Below, in pieces: positions 22,787 to 33,258 of a stretch of DNA of 51,115 bases. The DNA is from an uncultured Clostridiaceae bacterium (GTDB lineage: Bacteria; Bacillota; Clostridia; TANB77; CAG-508): NCBI GenBank assembly GCA_947245665.1, contig CAMXOP010000001.1, forward strand, positions 1 to 51,115, in the 5' to 3' direction. The translations under genes were made by a program, and so were the position numbers. How positions within the stretch are numbered: the first letter of the stretch is position 1; every line of letters starts with the position of its first letter. The notes under the pieces are model-generated. The model did no database searches. It saw only the letters and a program-made list of their open reading frames with translations, and was not told the origin of the DNA.

Positions 22787-23141
22787 ATGGATGAAGAAAT
22801 GTTAAAAAATCTTTCCAATATGCTTGGAAACACTCGGTAATTCCGATAATTTAAAAAATATTGTATCTAATTTTACCTCAAATAATAGTAATAATTCTAA
22901 TAATAATGTTAATGATAATTTTGATTTTTCTAATATAGATATGGCTACCATCATGAAAATAAAAAATGTTATGAGTAAAATGAACTCGAAGAAGGATGAC
23001 CCTAGGTCTAATTTACTTTTATCATTAAAGCCTTATTTAAAACCTTCCAGAAAAGAGAAATTAGATCAGTATATGAAATTTATGAATATTTCTTCTATGA
23101 TGGAAGTTTTTAATTCAATGGGTGGTGAGAATATAAAATGA
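22787..23141 (+). CDS. hypothetical small protein, requires a +1 shift at CGG 22835-22837
   Basis: GAGGTG RBS 5 nt before ATG 22787. MDEEMLKNLSNMLGNT then CGG TAA in the 0 frame. The +1 frame from GGT 22836 is the 105-aa track ORF (…GNSDNLKNIVSNF…DDPRSNLLLSLKPYLKPSRKEKLDQY…). The track's TTG 22824 start has no RBS. Confidence 0.6.
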
Positions 23142-23609
23142 TGCCAGGTTTTCCATTTTTTGGTCCCCCTAATTATATAAGAAATGTAAATTCCCCTATT
23201 CGGTTCACCTAAAGTGAGGCCCATGCAGCAAGTTAATTGGCACTATATAACGAGAAATGGTAATTTCTCTTCATATAGTAGGCCTAAACCTAGTACAAAC
23301 ATGCATAAAAATTCTAGTTTTTCAAATGATAAATTTAAAGACTCTAATATGAATTATGAAAAAAATAACAATAATTTTCATAATAATATAAATACAAATT
23401 TTTCTCATTCAGATTTTAATGAAGATACTTTTAAAATAAATAAAAATGAAAATAATAATTCTGAAGATTATGATCAATTTTTTGAAATATTTGGAATAAA
23501 ATTATATTTCGATGATTTACTAATTTTAGCTTTGTTATTCTTTTTATATAAAGAAGAAGTTAAAGATAATTATTTATATATTGTTTTATTTCTGTTGCTT
23601 TTTAATTAG
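23138..23609 (+). CDS. hypothetical Asn-rich protein with a C-terminal hydrophobic segment, requires a +1 shift at CGG 23201-23203
   Basis: ATG 23138 overlaps the upstream stop (ATGA coupling). MMPGFPFFGPPNYIRNVNSPI then CGG TTC ACC TAA in the 0 frame. The +1 frame from GGT 23202 runs straight into the 131-aa track ORF (GSPKVRPMQQVNW…). Confidence 0.55.
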
Positions 23610-23663
23610 AAGTTGAAACCTAAATTGGGGATAGAAAGTAAATTAAATTTCTACATTCCTTTG

Positions 23664-23690
23664 AGACAGAGGGGAGAAATCCCCCTGTCT
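23664..23690. terminator. bidirectional hairpin between convergent genes
   Basis: GACAGAGGGG-AGAAAT-CCCCCTGTC (one bulge), between the + gene ending at 23609 and the minC stop at 23705. Confidence 0.55.
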
Positions 23691-23704
23691 TAGAGTTTGT
23701 ATTT

Positions 23705-24322
23705 TTATTCAACAATTATATTGTTGTTTTCATCTACATAAGCATAATTCTTTATTGTTTCTTCTGCTTCAGTATTTTCTTTTTCTTTTATTATATTTGC
23801 TATACGTAGTTGTGGGCTTTCTATTATGTTTGCTGCTATTATTGCTTTTTTATTTCCTTTTGCACCTGCATGTGCTAAGCCTCTTAGGTTTCCTAATACT
23901 ACAATATTTTCTTCTGCTACTACTTCTGCCCCTCCATTTACATCTCCTAGTATTACTAAGCTTCCTTCATATTCAAGTTTTTGACCTGAACGTAACGAAC
24001 TTTTATAGAACTTTGTTTTTGAATCTTTTATTTCTTTATTGAATGTCTTTTTTATACCATATAACCCTAAGGCTTTTGGTGTTTCAAATTCTATTCTTAC
24101 ATTTATTTGTTTTTTTATTATATCTTGTATTTCATCCATTTCTGCATTTTTTAATACTTTACCAACTACTTCTATTGGTGTATTTTCTTCTTTGTATAGT
24201 TTTTTTAATTCTGGTAATTTGTTTTTTAGTTCTTTTTTTATTTGTTCTTGAGTTGCTGTATCTTTTATTTTTATGATAATTTTATCTTTTTTTAAATTTA
24301 TTGATATATTTGATATTCTCAT
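23705..24322 (-). CDS. minC: septum site-determining protein MinC
   Basis: 205 aa. C-terminal beta-helix repeat typical of MinC (LVILGDVNGGAEVVAEENIVVLGNLRGLAHAGAKGN). It follows mreBCD-PBP2 as in other Firmicutes. Confidence 0.85.
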   Translation of the reverse strand: MRISNISINLKKDKIIIKIKDTATQEQIKKELKNKLPELKKLYKEENTPIEVVGKVLKNAEMDEIQDIIKKQINVRIEFETPKALGLYGIKKTFNKEIKDSKTKFYKSSLRSGQKLEYEGSLVILGDVNGGAEVVAEENIVVLGNLRGLAHAGAKGNKKAIIAANIIESPQLRIANIIKEKENTEAEETIKNYAYVDENNNIIVE

Positions 24323-24438
24323 TATTTTTACTTCCTTTCTCTTTTTATTGAAGGTTTTTATGTTTGTTTTGGTTACTGCTTTTTTCCGCTTTAGAACGTT
24401 TTCTAATTTAGCTAGATTATTTTTGTTTTTTATTGTTT

Positions 24439-24501
24439 CTGATTAGGAAATGTCCCAAATGCTACCTTCTTTTCTGATTAAGAAATGTCCCTAATGCTAC
24501 C
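24439..24501. repeat. two tandem 28-nt repeats (period 35 nt), GGTAGCATTnGGGAC family
   Basis: CTGATTAGGAAATGTCCCAAATGCTACC (24439-24466) and CTGATTAAGAAATGTCCCTAATGCTACC (24474-24501), 26/28 identical, directly after the PBP2 stop. A related copy lies at 41604..41668. Confidence 0.8.
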
Positions 24502-24518
24502 CAATGATACTTTCTTCT

Positions 24519-26621
24519 TTAATTTTGTATTTGTACAGTTGGTTTTGCCATCATGTCTTCTGTTACTTTATTTGCATTCATTCCAAAATATTCTGCTATT
24601 ATATTTCTTGCTACTTCACAGTTATAACTTCCGCTTCCTCCATTTTCTATCATTACTATAACTGCAATTTCTGGATTATCAAATGGTGCAAATCCTACAA
24701 ACCATGCATTTGTTTTCCCTTCTATTCCTGTTTGCGCTGAACCTGTTTTTCCCCCTATTTCTATATTGAAGTCTTTAAAATACGAATATGCTGTTCCTCC
24801 AGATTCACTGGTAACTCCTCTCATTCCTTCTAATATAGCATTTAAGTTTGTTTTGTTGAAGTCTAATTCTATTGGCTTATCTTTTTCTATTCCTAATCTA
24901 TTTTTTACGAATTCTTTTATTTCTTCATCTGATATGTTATTTCCATTAACATCCATTATACCTTTTATTATTGTAACATCTATATTGTTTCCTCCGTTAG
25001 CTATTATACTTATATATTTTGCCATTTCTATTGGTGTGAAACTATTATCATGCTGACCTATAGCTGCTTGAAGTGTGTTTCCTCCTGTAAATGTTTCTCC
25101 TTTAGATTTTGATGTTTCTTTACTAGATACTGTTCCTTCTACTTCTCCTAAAAGTTCTACTCCTGTTTTACTTCCTAATCCTAATGCTTTTGCATACCTA
25201 GATAACGTATCTATTCCTAATCTATTACCACATTCGTAAAAGAAGTAGTTGCATGAATGCTTTATTGCATCTGTAACATTTAGGTATCCATGCCCTCTTC
25301 CATATGACCTATATATCCAGCATTTTGGTTGATAGTCTGATGAATACCTATATACGCCAACATCATTTACCTTTTCTGTTGTTTTTATTGCCCCTGTTTC
25401 TAACGCTGCTAATGCTGTTACCATTTTAAAGGTTGAGCCTGGTGCATATACTGATGCTATTGTTCTATTTAAAAATGGTGAATTTGCTTCTTCTGATATA
25501 TATTCATTATATTTTGCTGTACTTATTCCATCTACAAATAGTTGTGGTTCGAAGTCTGGGTAACTTGCCATCGCTAATACTTCCCCACTTTTTACATTCA
25601 TTACTACAACTGCTCCTGCATCTGCTGAATATGCTGTTCCATATCCTCCACTTCGAATTTTTGATATATTATCTTTTAATGCTTTTTCTGTTACTTGTTG
25701 CAGATTTGCATCTATTGTTAATATTACATTATTTCCTGCAGTTGCTTCTTCTACTATATATTCTCCTGTTATACTTCCATCAACTGCCATATCTATTTGC
25801 TTTGTTCCATTTTTACCTTTTAAATATGGTTCGAAAATGTACTCTATTCCTGTTTTTCCTATTCTATCGTTTAATGAATACTCTGTATTATTCTTTAGCT
25901 CATTTTCGTCTATTCTTCCAACATATCCTAATATATGCGAAGCAAGACTTCCTGAAATATAGTTTCTTACTGCCCCTGTTTTTATTGTTAAACCTGGAAA
26001 GTCACTGTTTCTTTCATTAAATATTGCTACACTTTTTTCTCCTATATTACTAGAAATTTGTACTGTTTTTGTGCTACTATATCCATTTTTTGATATTGTA
26101 TATCTTAAGGTCATTATTTTTATTGCTTCTTGTACATTTTCGTTGTTTATTTTGTATTTATTTTTTAGTATATAAAAACATTCTTCTGCTGTTTTTTCTT
26201 TATCTATATTATTTTGCTCTTTCCATCTTATTTGTGCATTTTCATCTATTGTAAATTCAAAAGGTTCTACTTTTATAGGTAGATCATTTACATATGTATC
26301 TGAATTTTCTTCTAATACATTTACTATTTTTAATAGTGCATTATTTAGCGTTGTATTATCTATTTTTGTTTTATATAATTCTAAAGAATAGCCAGATTTT
26401 GTTGTTGCAAGTTTATTGCCAGACTGATCTAATATATCTCCTCTTGCTGCTTGTAAAGTACTTTCTCTTGATAAACGTGTATTTGATTGTTCTCTATATT
26501 CTTTTCCCTTTACTATTTGAAGGTTAAAAAGTTGAACTAATAGAATTATTCCTATAATATATACACCTGCTGATATTATATTAAAACGTAATTTATCTTT
26601 TTCAGTTCTTGTTCTTTTCAA
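24519..26621 (-). CDS. mrdA: penicillin-binding protein 2 (elongasome class B transpeptidase)
   Basis: 700 aa with an N-terminal TM helix. Transpeptidase motifs STFK (GSTFKMVTA), SCN (HSCNYFF) and KTGS (GGKTGSAQ). Sits within the mre cluster. Confidence 0.9.
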   Translation of the reverse strand: MKRTRTEKDKLRFNIISAGVYIIGIILLVQLFNLQIVKGKEYREQSNTRLSRESTLQAARGDILDQSGNKLATTKSGYSLELYKTKIDNTTLNNALLKIVNVLEENSDTYVNDLPIKVEPFEFTIDENAQIRWKEQNNIDKEKTAEECFYILKNKYKINNENVQEAIKIMTLRYTISKNGYSSTKTVQISSNIGEKSVAIFNERNSDFPGLTIKTGAVRNYISGSLASHILGYVGRIDENELKNNTEYSLNDRIGKTGIEYIFEPYLKGKNGTKQIDMAVDGSITGEYIVEEATAGNNVILTIDANLQQVTEKALKDNISKIRSGGYGTAYSADAGAVVVMNVKSGEVLAMASYPDFEPQLFVDGISTAKYNEYISEEANSPFLNRTIASVYAPGSTFKMVTALAALETGAIKTTEKVNDVGVYRYSSDYQPKCWIYRSYGRGHGYLNVTDAIKHSCNYFFYECGNRLGIDTLSRYAKALGLGSKTGVELLGEVEGTVSSKETSKSKGETFTGGNTLQAAIGQHDNSFTPIEMAKYISIIANGGNNIDVTIIKGIMDVNGNNISDEEIKEFVKNRLGIEKDKPIELDFNKTNLNAILEGMRGVTSESGGTAYSYFKDFNIEIGGKTGSAQTGIEGKTNAWFVGFAPFDNPEIAVIVMIENGGSGSYNCEVARNIIAEYFGMNANKVTEDMMAKPTVQIQN

Positions 26622-26658
26622 CTTTTCACCTCCTAAATTATTTTTTATTTATCATTTT

Positions 26659-27192
26659 TTAGAAATATCTTGTTAATATTTTCTGACCTTTAAATATATC
26701 TTCTATTTTATACCCAACTATTTGTACTCCTGGATATATTATTATTGTAATTATTGCATTATATATAATTTCTATTACTAAAATTTTTATAAAGTATAAA
26801 ACTTCAACATTTATATTTAATATCATCATACTTAATATATAGCTTCCTACTTCAAATATTAATGTACTTGCCATTACCATAAGCATTATTGTTAGCCTAC
26901 TATCTTTTGAAAAGTTTTTGTCAAAGTATGATCCTAATATAGCTATTACTGTTAGCATTATTGCGTATGTTCCTAAGTTTTTACCTAATATCATATCTAA
27001 AAATAATCCTAAAAATAAATTATATGCTATTCCTATTTTTACTCCTAAAAATAAACTTATAAATAACCCTAATATTATAAACAAATTTGGCTTTATTCCA
27101 GCAATAGTAAACCAACTAAAAAAGTTAGCTTGTAAAAAGTATGTAATTAAAAAGGTTATAAATATTCCTATTATTACTATTGCTTTTCTCAT
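26659..27192 (-). CDS. mreD: rod shape-determining protein MreD
   Basis: 177-aa polytopic membrane protein downstream of mreC. Position and hydrophobicity profile fit MreD. Confidence 0.75.
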   Translation of the reverse strand: MRKAIVIIGIFITFLITYFLQANFFSWFTIAGIKPNLFIILGLFISLFLGVKIGIAYNLFLGLFLDMILGKNLGTYAIMLTVIAILGSYFDKNFSKDSRLTIMLMVMASTLIFEVGSYILSMMILNINVEVLYFIKILVIEIIYNAIITIIIYPGVQIVGYKIEDIFKGQKILTRYF

Positions 27193-27415
27193 ATTTTGTT
27201 CCTTTATTTAAATTTTTAATATATATAAATGCATATGGTAAATTGTTTTAAACTTTATTGTTCTTTAATACTTTTCTTTAAAGAGTGGTCGACTACTAGT
27301 CATCACTACATTTAACTGTAAATTTATACTCTTCTTTTTCACTATTCACTATCTCTCATGTCGCCGTAAGTGTGACTACTACAATTTTTTTCTATTTCTT
27401 ACAATGCATTTGTCA

Positions 27416-28231
27416 CTACTTTGTAATTACTAGTACTGTTTCTATTTTTGCAAAGTTTACTGCTGTATCTATTATTGCATATCTATCTGTAATATTTTTT
27501 GTTGTTATTACTTTATTTATTGTTCCTACTAAAATTCCTTTTGGATATATTCCACCTAGTCCTGATGTTTCTATAGTATCTCCTTGCATTATTGTGGCTT
27601 CTGTAGGTATAAATGTAGCTTTTAATAACGTATCACCTTCTAGTGTTCCTCTTGCAATTATTGAATCTCTTGAAGATGTAAGTATACAACTTATACTACT
27701 TGATGTATCTACTATTGTTTGCACTTTTGCTGTTGTTGATGTTACTGATATTATATGCCCAACTAAACCTTTTTCGGAAATTACAGGCATATTAACTTCT
27801 ACACCATCTTTTGTTCCAACATTTATAGTTATGGTATCATTATAATTACTTATATCCCTATTTATTACATATGCTGGAACTGTTGTGTATTCTGTATATT
27901 TATCTTTCAAGTTAACATACTCTTTTAATGTTGTATTTTCTGATTTTATAATTTCTAATTCTCTTAATGATTTTTGCAAATCACTATTTTCCTGTTTTAG
28001 CTTTTCATTCTCTTCTTTTAAATTATTAATATTTGTAAAAAAGGTGTTATTGCCAGATATCCAGTTTTTTAAATATGTTAATCCATTTTGAATTGGCATA
28101 ACAAAAAAGTTGGCTACTCCTTGAGCATACGATAAATTATTAATTTTTATATTTGAAATTGTTACAATAATTATAAGAACTATTATTGTTATTATAATTC
28201 CCATTATTCCTTTTTTCTTTTTGTTATACAT
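27416..28231 (-). CDS. mreC: rod shape-determining protein MreC
   Basis: 271 aa. N-terminal TM helix, coiled coil (ENEKLKQENSDLQKSLRELE), then the MreC beta-domain (PVISEKGLVGHI...GDTIETSGLGGIYPKGILVGTI). Ends with a double stop, TAG TGA. Confidence 0.9.
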   Translation of the reverse strand: MYNKKKKGIMGIIITIIVLIIIVTISNIKINNLSYAQGVANFFVMPIQNGLTYLKNWISGNNTFFTNINNLKEENEKLKQENSDLQKSLRELEIIKSENTTLKEYVNLKDKYTEYTTVPAYVINRDISNYNDTITINVGTKDGVEVNMPVISEKGLVGHIISVTSTTAKVQTIVDTSSSISCILTSSRDSIIARGTLEGDTLLKATFIPTEATIMQGDTIETSGLGGIYPKGILVGTINKVITTKNITDRYAIIDTAVNFAKIETVLVITK

Positions 28232-28385
28232 TGTTTAACTCCTTTTTTATTTGTGATTTGTAGTTATATGTTGTATTGTTATTTAATTTTTTTGAAGATT
28301 GAACAAGCTATGCTCACCCATACATTTACCTTTTTCTATTTCTTTATTAAATTTTATTCCTCTAATTGTTAACTTCTAAATTATA

Positions 28386-29439
<1,054 letters not shown>

Positions 29440-29447
29440 CTAATAGC

Positions 29448-29530
29448 CAATAGGGACGGAGATTTTTGACTGATTTTCAATTAATATCTTTCTATTTATT
29501 AAAAGCAGTCAAAAATCTCCGTCCCTATTG
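29448..29530. repeat. palindromic element, 25-bp perfect arms, GGGACGGAGATTTT family
   Basis: CAATAGGGACGGAGATTTTTGACTG (29448-29472) and its exact reverse complement (29506-29530), 33-nt spacer. Lies between the radC stop and the mreB RBS. Confidence 0.85.
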
Positions 29531-29592
29531 ACTGCTTATTGACACAAAAAAGGGTAGATATACTTTTTTGTTATAATCCATCCCTTTATATT

Positions 29593-30288
29593 TTAACTTT
29601 TGTACTTTGATAATATACTTGTATATGTTCCATCTCCTATTACTATATGATCTAATAGTTGTATTCCTAATAGTTTTGCACTTTCATTTATCCTTTTTGT
29701 TATTTCTATATCTGACATACTTGGTGTTGCGTCTCCACTAGGATGATTATGTATAATTATTATCTTTGGCATTTCCATTTTTACAGCTTCTTTTAATATA
29801 TCTTTTGGTTCTACATTTATTGAGGATGTCCCTCCTATTGCTATATCTATTATCTTTTGAATTATATTTTTAGTATTTAATATTAATACTTTTAATATTT
29901 CTCTTTTTTCATATCTTAATTCTTCTATAAATATATTTGCAATGTCTTTTGGTGACTTTATAATTACTTTTTCTATATCTATTGGTCTGGATATTCTTTT
30001 TGCAATTTCACAAACAGCCTTTAATTGAATAGCTTTTACTCTTCCTATTCCTTTTATTTTTGTTAATTCTTCTATTGATATTTGTTCTAAAAACCTTAAA
30101 CTATTATTTTTATTTGTATTATTTATAGAAAGTATTTTTTGTGCTAAATCTACTGCTGTTTCCTGTTTTGTTCCTGTTTTTATTATTATTGCTAATAATT
30201 CTGAATTTGATAGAGTTTTTTCTCCATATAATTCTAATCTTTCATAAGGTCTTTCTGATATTGGTAATTGGTTTAAATTTATTGACAT
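29593..30288 (-). CDS. radC: RadC-family JAB-domain protein
   Basis: 231 aa. HhH region (IKGIGRVKAIQL) and JAMM motif HNHPSGD. Confidence 0.9.
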   Translation of the reverse strand: MSINLNQLPISERPYERLELYGEKTLSNSELLAIIIKTGTKQETAVDLAQKILSINNTNKNNSLRFLEQISIEELTKIKGIGRVKAIQLKAVCEIAKRISRPIDIEKVIIKSPKDIANIFIEELRYEKREILKVLILNTKNIIQKIIDIAIGGTSSINVEPKDILKEAVKMEMPKIIIIHNHPSGDATPSMSDIEITKRINESAKLLGIQLLDHIVIGDGTYTSILSKYKS

Positions 30289-30340
30289 GTATCTTCCTTT
30301 CTATTTAACCCCCAATATATTATTCCTCTTTTTATTAGTA

Positions 30341-30598
30341 TTAAACTTTTCTATATATAATAATTGCTATTATTAGCCCTATTATACTAGCAATATTTAT
30401 TTTAAACATTAGTCCAAATGTAATTTGAACAATACTTAAGTTTAATTCTACTGGAGATGTTAAACCAAAGCTTTGACCATATGATAACCACCATAAAAAA
30501 TCAACTCTTCCAGCAAGCTCTCCTAATAAGCCCCCTATTACTAATCCTGATAATATAAATAATATTAATATCCAAATATTTTTATCTCTTGTTGCCAT
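30341..30598 (-). CDS. small membrane protein, DUF4321 family
   Basis: 85 aa, two to three hydrophobic helices. The position upstream of radC/mreB is typical for DUF4321 in Clostridia. Family call is from memory. Confidence 0.6.
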   Translation of the reverse strand: MATRDKNIWILILFILSGLVIGGLLGELAGRVDFLWWLSYGQSFGLTSPVELNLSIVQITFGLMFKINIASIIGLIIAIIIYRKV

Positions 30599-30900
30599 TT
30601 TTGCTCCTACCTTTCTTGAATTTCCCTAAGGAATTTTTGTCATATGTTTCATTGTTCTTATTATATATGCAAATCCATTTTTTTTCAAGTAAAAGGTTGT
30701 AAAATTTATAATTTGCCTCTTTTATTTTTTCTTTATATATGTTATATTAGATGGTACTCATTTAAGTATGAATACATATAATGTGTTAGAAGTTAGATTT
30801 TTTCTAATATTCTACTTTAAAATTACCAAATATTGTCCGTTTATTTTTACATATATACATGGTATAATTAATGTATAATTAAGTATTAGGAGGATTTATA

Positions 30901-31524
30901 ATGCGTTTTGAAAAACTTAATGAAAATAAAATAAGAATTACACTTACTAATCAAGATTTAATTAAAAAGAATATTGATTTTCATTCTTTTATGGCCAATC
31001 CAATTGAATCTCAATCTTTATTTTTTGATATGTTAAATGAGGCAGAAAAGGAAATAGGTTTTATTACCAAAAATTACAATATTAAATTAGAAGCCATGCA
31101 AATAGCTTCTGGAGATTTTATTTTAACAGTAACTAGAAGTGCTCCACAGAATGAAAAAACTATTGATACTAAGAAGAAGATACATGCCAGAAGAAAAAAA
31201 CTTGACCTAAATAGTAATAGAGCTATTTATTGTTTTAATAATTTTGATGATTTCTGTCATTTCTCAAACTTTTTGAACAATAGTAATATTAAAATTAGTA
31301 ATATTGCTAAAAATATATCTTTATATGAATATAAGAAACAATATTATTTAACCTTTTCTAATATAAACTTACGTTGTACTGATTTAAAAAAGATATTCTC
31401 TGCTATTACTGAATTTGCTACATATATTGGTAATGATGATTTACTTAAAAGAAAATTAATTGAAAATGGTAATGTTATTATGAAAAATAATGCAATCAAA
31501 ATAGCTATACAATATTTTTCATAA
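30901..31524 (+). CDS. mecA: adaptor protein MecA family
   Basis: 207 aa with a GGAGG RBS. The N-terminus (MRFEKLNENKIRITLTNQDL) and C-terminus (LYEYKKQYYLTF...ITEFATY...NAIKIAIQYF) are colinear with B. subtilis MecA as I recall it (IERINEHTVKF...LYSFENRYYLYV...LLEYATES...ETIKKHF). Confidence 0.65.
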   Translation: MRFEKLNENKIRITLTNQDLIKKNIDFHSFMANPIESQSLFFDMLNEAEKEIGFITKNYNIKLEAMQIASGDFILTVTRSAPQNEKTIDTKKKIHARRKKLDLNSNRAIYCFNNFDDFCHFSNFLNNSNIKISNIAKNISLYEYKKQYYLTFSNINLRCTDLKKIFSAITEFATYIGNDDLLKRKLIENGNVIMKNNAIKIAIQYFS

Positions 31525-31573
31525 AGTACATTATTAATTCTAATATTATTAATATAAAATAAAATTTAAATAT

Positions 31574-31640
31574 AGAAGTTGAAAGTTAGATATTTGGTAT
31601 ATACTTTTAAAGTAATTCCTAAATCTAACTTCCAACTTCT
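31574..31640. terminator. long bidirectional hairpin between convergent genes
   Basis: AGAAGTTGAAAGTTAGAT (31574-31591) pairs with ATCTAACTTCCAACTTCT (31623-31640), 17/18. The TAGAAGTTGAAA motif recurs at 23608. Confidence 0.6.
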
Positions 31641-31657
31641 AATTTTCATTTTCTAAA

Positions 31658-32653
31658 TTAATATAAATAATTTTGTGGGTTTTGTGCTACTCCATTTACT
31701 CTTATTTCTAAATGTAAGTGATTTCCTTGTGAATTTCCTGTATTTCCTACTGTTGCTATTGTTTGACCTTGTGATACATGTTGGCCTTGGCTTACTAATA
31801 AGCTTGTGCAGTGTCCATATAATGTTTGAACTCCATTTCCATGTGATATTATTACATGATTTCCATATCCTCCGCCATATCCATATTGTGCATATGTTAC
31901 TGTTCCTGAAGCTGCTGCTACTATTTTTGTTCCTTTTGGTGCTCCTATATCTATTCCTTTATGACTTCTTCCCCACCTTGCACCAAATCTTGAAGTTAAA
32001 GTTCCTGATACAGGTCTTATTAATGATATTCCTAAGTTTACTACTTTTCCTGATGTATTAACTCCTTTTGCTGCAATTGTTGTTGATGATTGAACTTGTT
32101 TTACTACTTTTTTCTCATATAAGTCTGCTACTGTTTTTTCTACTGTTGCAAATTCTTTTAATTCTGTTTCATATTTTTCTATTATTCCTAGTTTATCTTT
32201 ATTATTACTATTTTTTTGTTTTAATTGTTCTACTATTTGCTCTGCCTCCGAAAACGTAGAGACATATGATTTTTCTTGATTATCCACTGTTACTGCATAA
32301 TATTTATAATATTGTGTACCTTGTGATATTACTTTTTCAAAAACCTCTTCATCATTTGGTACAATATCTCTTTTTAAAAGACATAATTTATATTGTGGTA
32401 ATTCACTTATATCTACAAATGCAACATTTTCTCCATTACCTTTTTCAATATAACTGTTTATTTTTTCTTGTAGTTTGCTTTTATTCTCACTGTAACCTAT
32501 CATTTCACCATTTAGTGTTACACTATAAATTGGTTTATAAAAGGATGAAACTATCCCTACTATTAAAAACATTGATATTACAATTATTATTGTAAATTTG
32601 GTACATTTTCTTAAGTTTATTATTACCTTTTTTAAACTACTAATTTTAAACAA
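31658..32653 (-). CDS. M23 family metallopeptidase, membrane anchored
   Basis: 331 aa with an N-terminal TM helix. LytM/M23 motifs HKGIDIGAPKGT and GNHLHLEIR. Confidence 0.9.
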   Translation of the reverse strand: MFKISSLKKVIINLRKCTKFTIIIVISMFLIVGIVSSFYKPIYSVTLNGEMIGYSENKSKLQEKINSYIEKGNGENVAFVDISELPQYKLCLLKRDIVPNDEEVFEKVISQGTQYYKYYAVTVDNQEKSYVSTFSEAEQIVEQLKQKNSNNKDKLGIIEKYETELKEFATVEKTVADLYEKKVVKQVQSSTTIAAKGVNTSGKVVNLGISLIRPVSGTLTSRFGARWGRSHKGIDIGAPKGTKIVAAASGTVTYAQYGYGGGYGNHVIISHGNGVQTLYGHCTSLLVSQGQHVSQGQTIATVGNTGNSQGNHLHLEIRVNGVAQNPQNYLY

Positions 32654-33015
32654 CTCCCTTATTTTTTTACTTATATTATATTATACTAAATTTTATTTTT
32701 TTTCAATACTTATTTTATTATTTTTTATTTCTTTTTCTATTTTCCGTAAGATAAAATAAAAGAACGTGTTTATAATTTTTAGTTTTTTATTTATTCTATA
32801 TTTACTTGTATTCTTTATTTTGGGCCCTTGTTTAATTCTTTTTTATTATTAAAAAATTCATTTTCTAAATTTTATTTAAATAGGCTCATTTCTTTTTTCT
32901 CTTCTATTTGCTTCACTTCTCTAATATAAAAACAAATGACACGGTCTTCCGTGCCACTATAGTACAAAATTTTAATTATTATTTTTGTATACAATAAATT
33001 ATAGCCCATTTATTT

Positions 33016-33258
33016 TTATTGTAATTCATTTTTTACATTTTGAATTTCTGTAACTGTTGCTGGTGCTGCTGGTTTATAATAACCCTTTGTTTGAGCTACT
33101 TTAAATAATTCATATTGAAAACTTTCATCATTATTTCTTATTTGTTGTATTGCTTGTCTTAACCCCATATTTTCAGTTTCTGAAATTACTCCTTGATATG
33201 TTGTAAGACTTGATTTTACACTACTTAAAATATCATTTACCATAGTCTTCTCGTCCAT
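33016..33258 (-). CDS. CotF-like spore coat protein
   Basis: 80 aa. MVNDILSSVKSSLTTYQGVISETENMGLRQAIQQIRNNDESFQYELFKVAQTKGYY matches the Coat_F pattern as I recall it. Confidence 0.6.
   Translation of the reverse strand: MDEKTMVNDILSSVKSSLTTYQGVISETENMGLRQAIQQIRNNDESFQYELFKVAQTKGYYKPAAPATVTEIQNVKNELQ

Noticed and set aside
24439-24501. CRISPR-like appearance of the 28-nt direct repeats
   Set aside because: There are only two copies separated by 7 nt, with no spacers of CRISPR size and no cas genes. A related copy occurs singly elsewhere.
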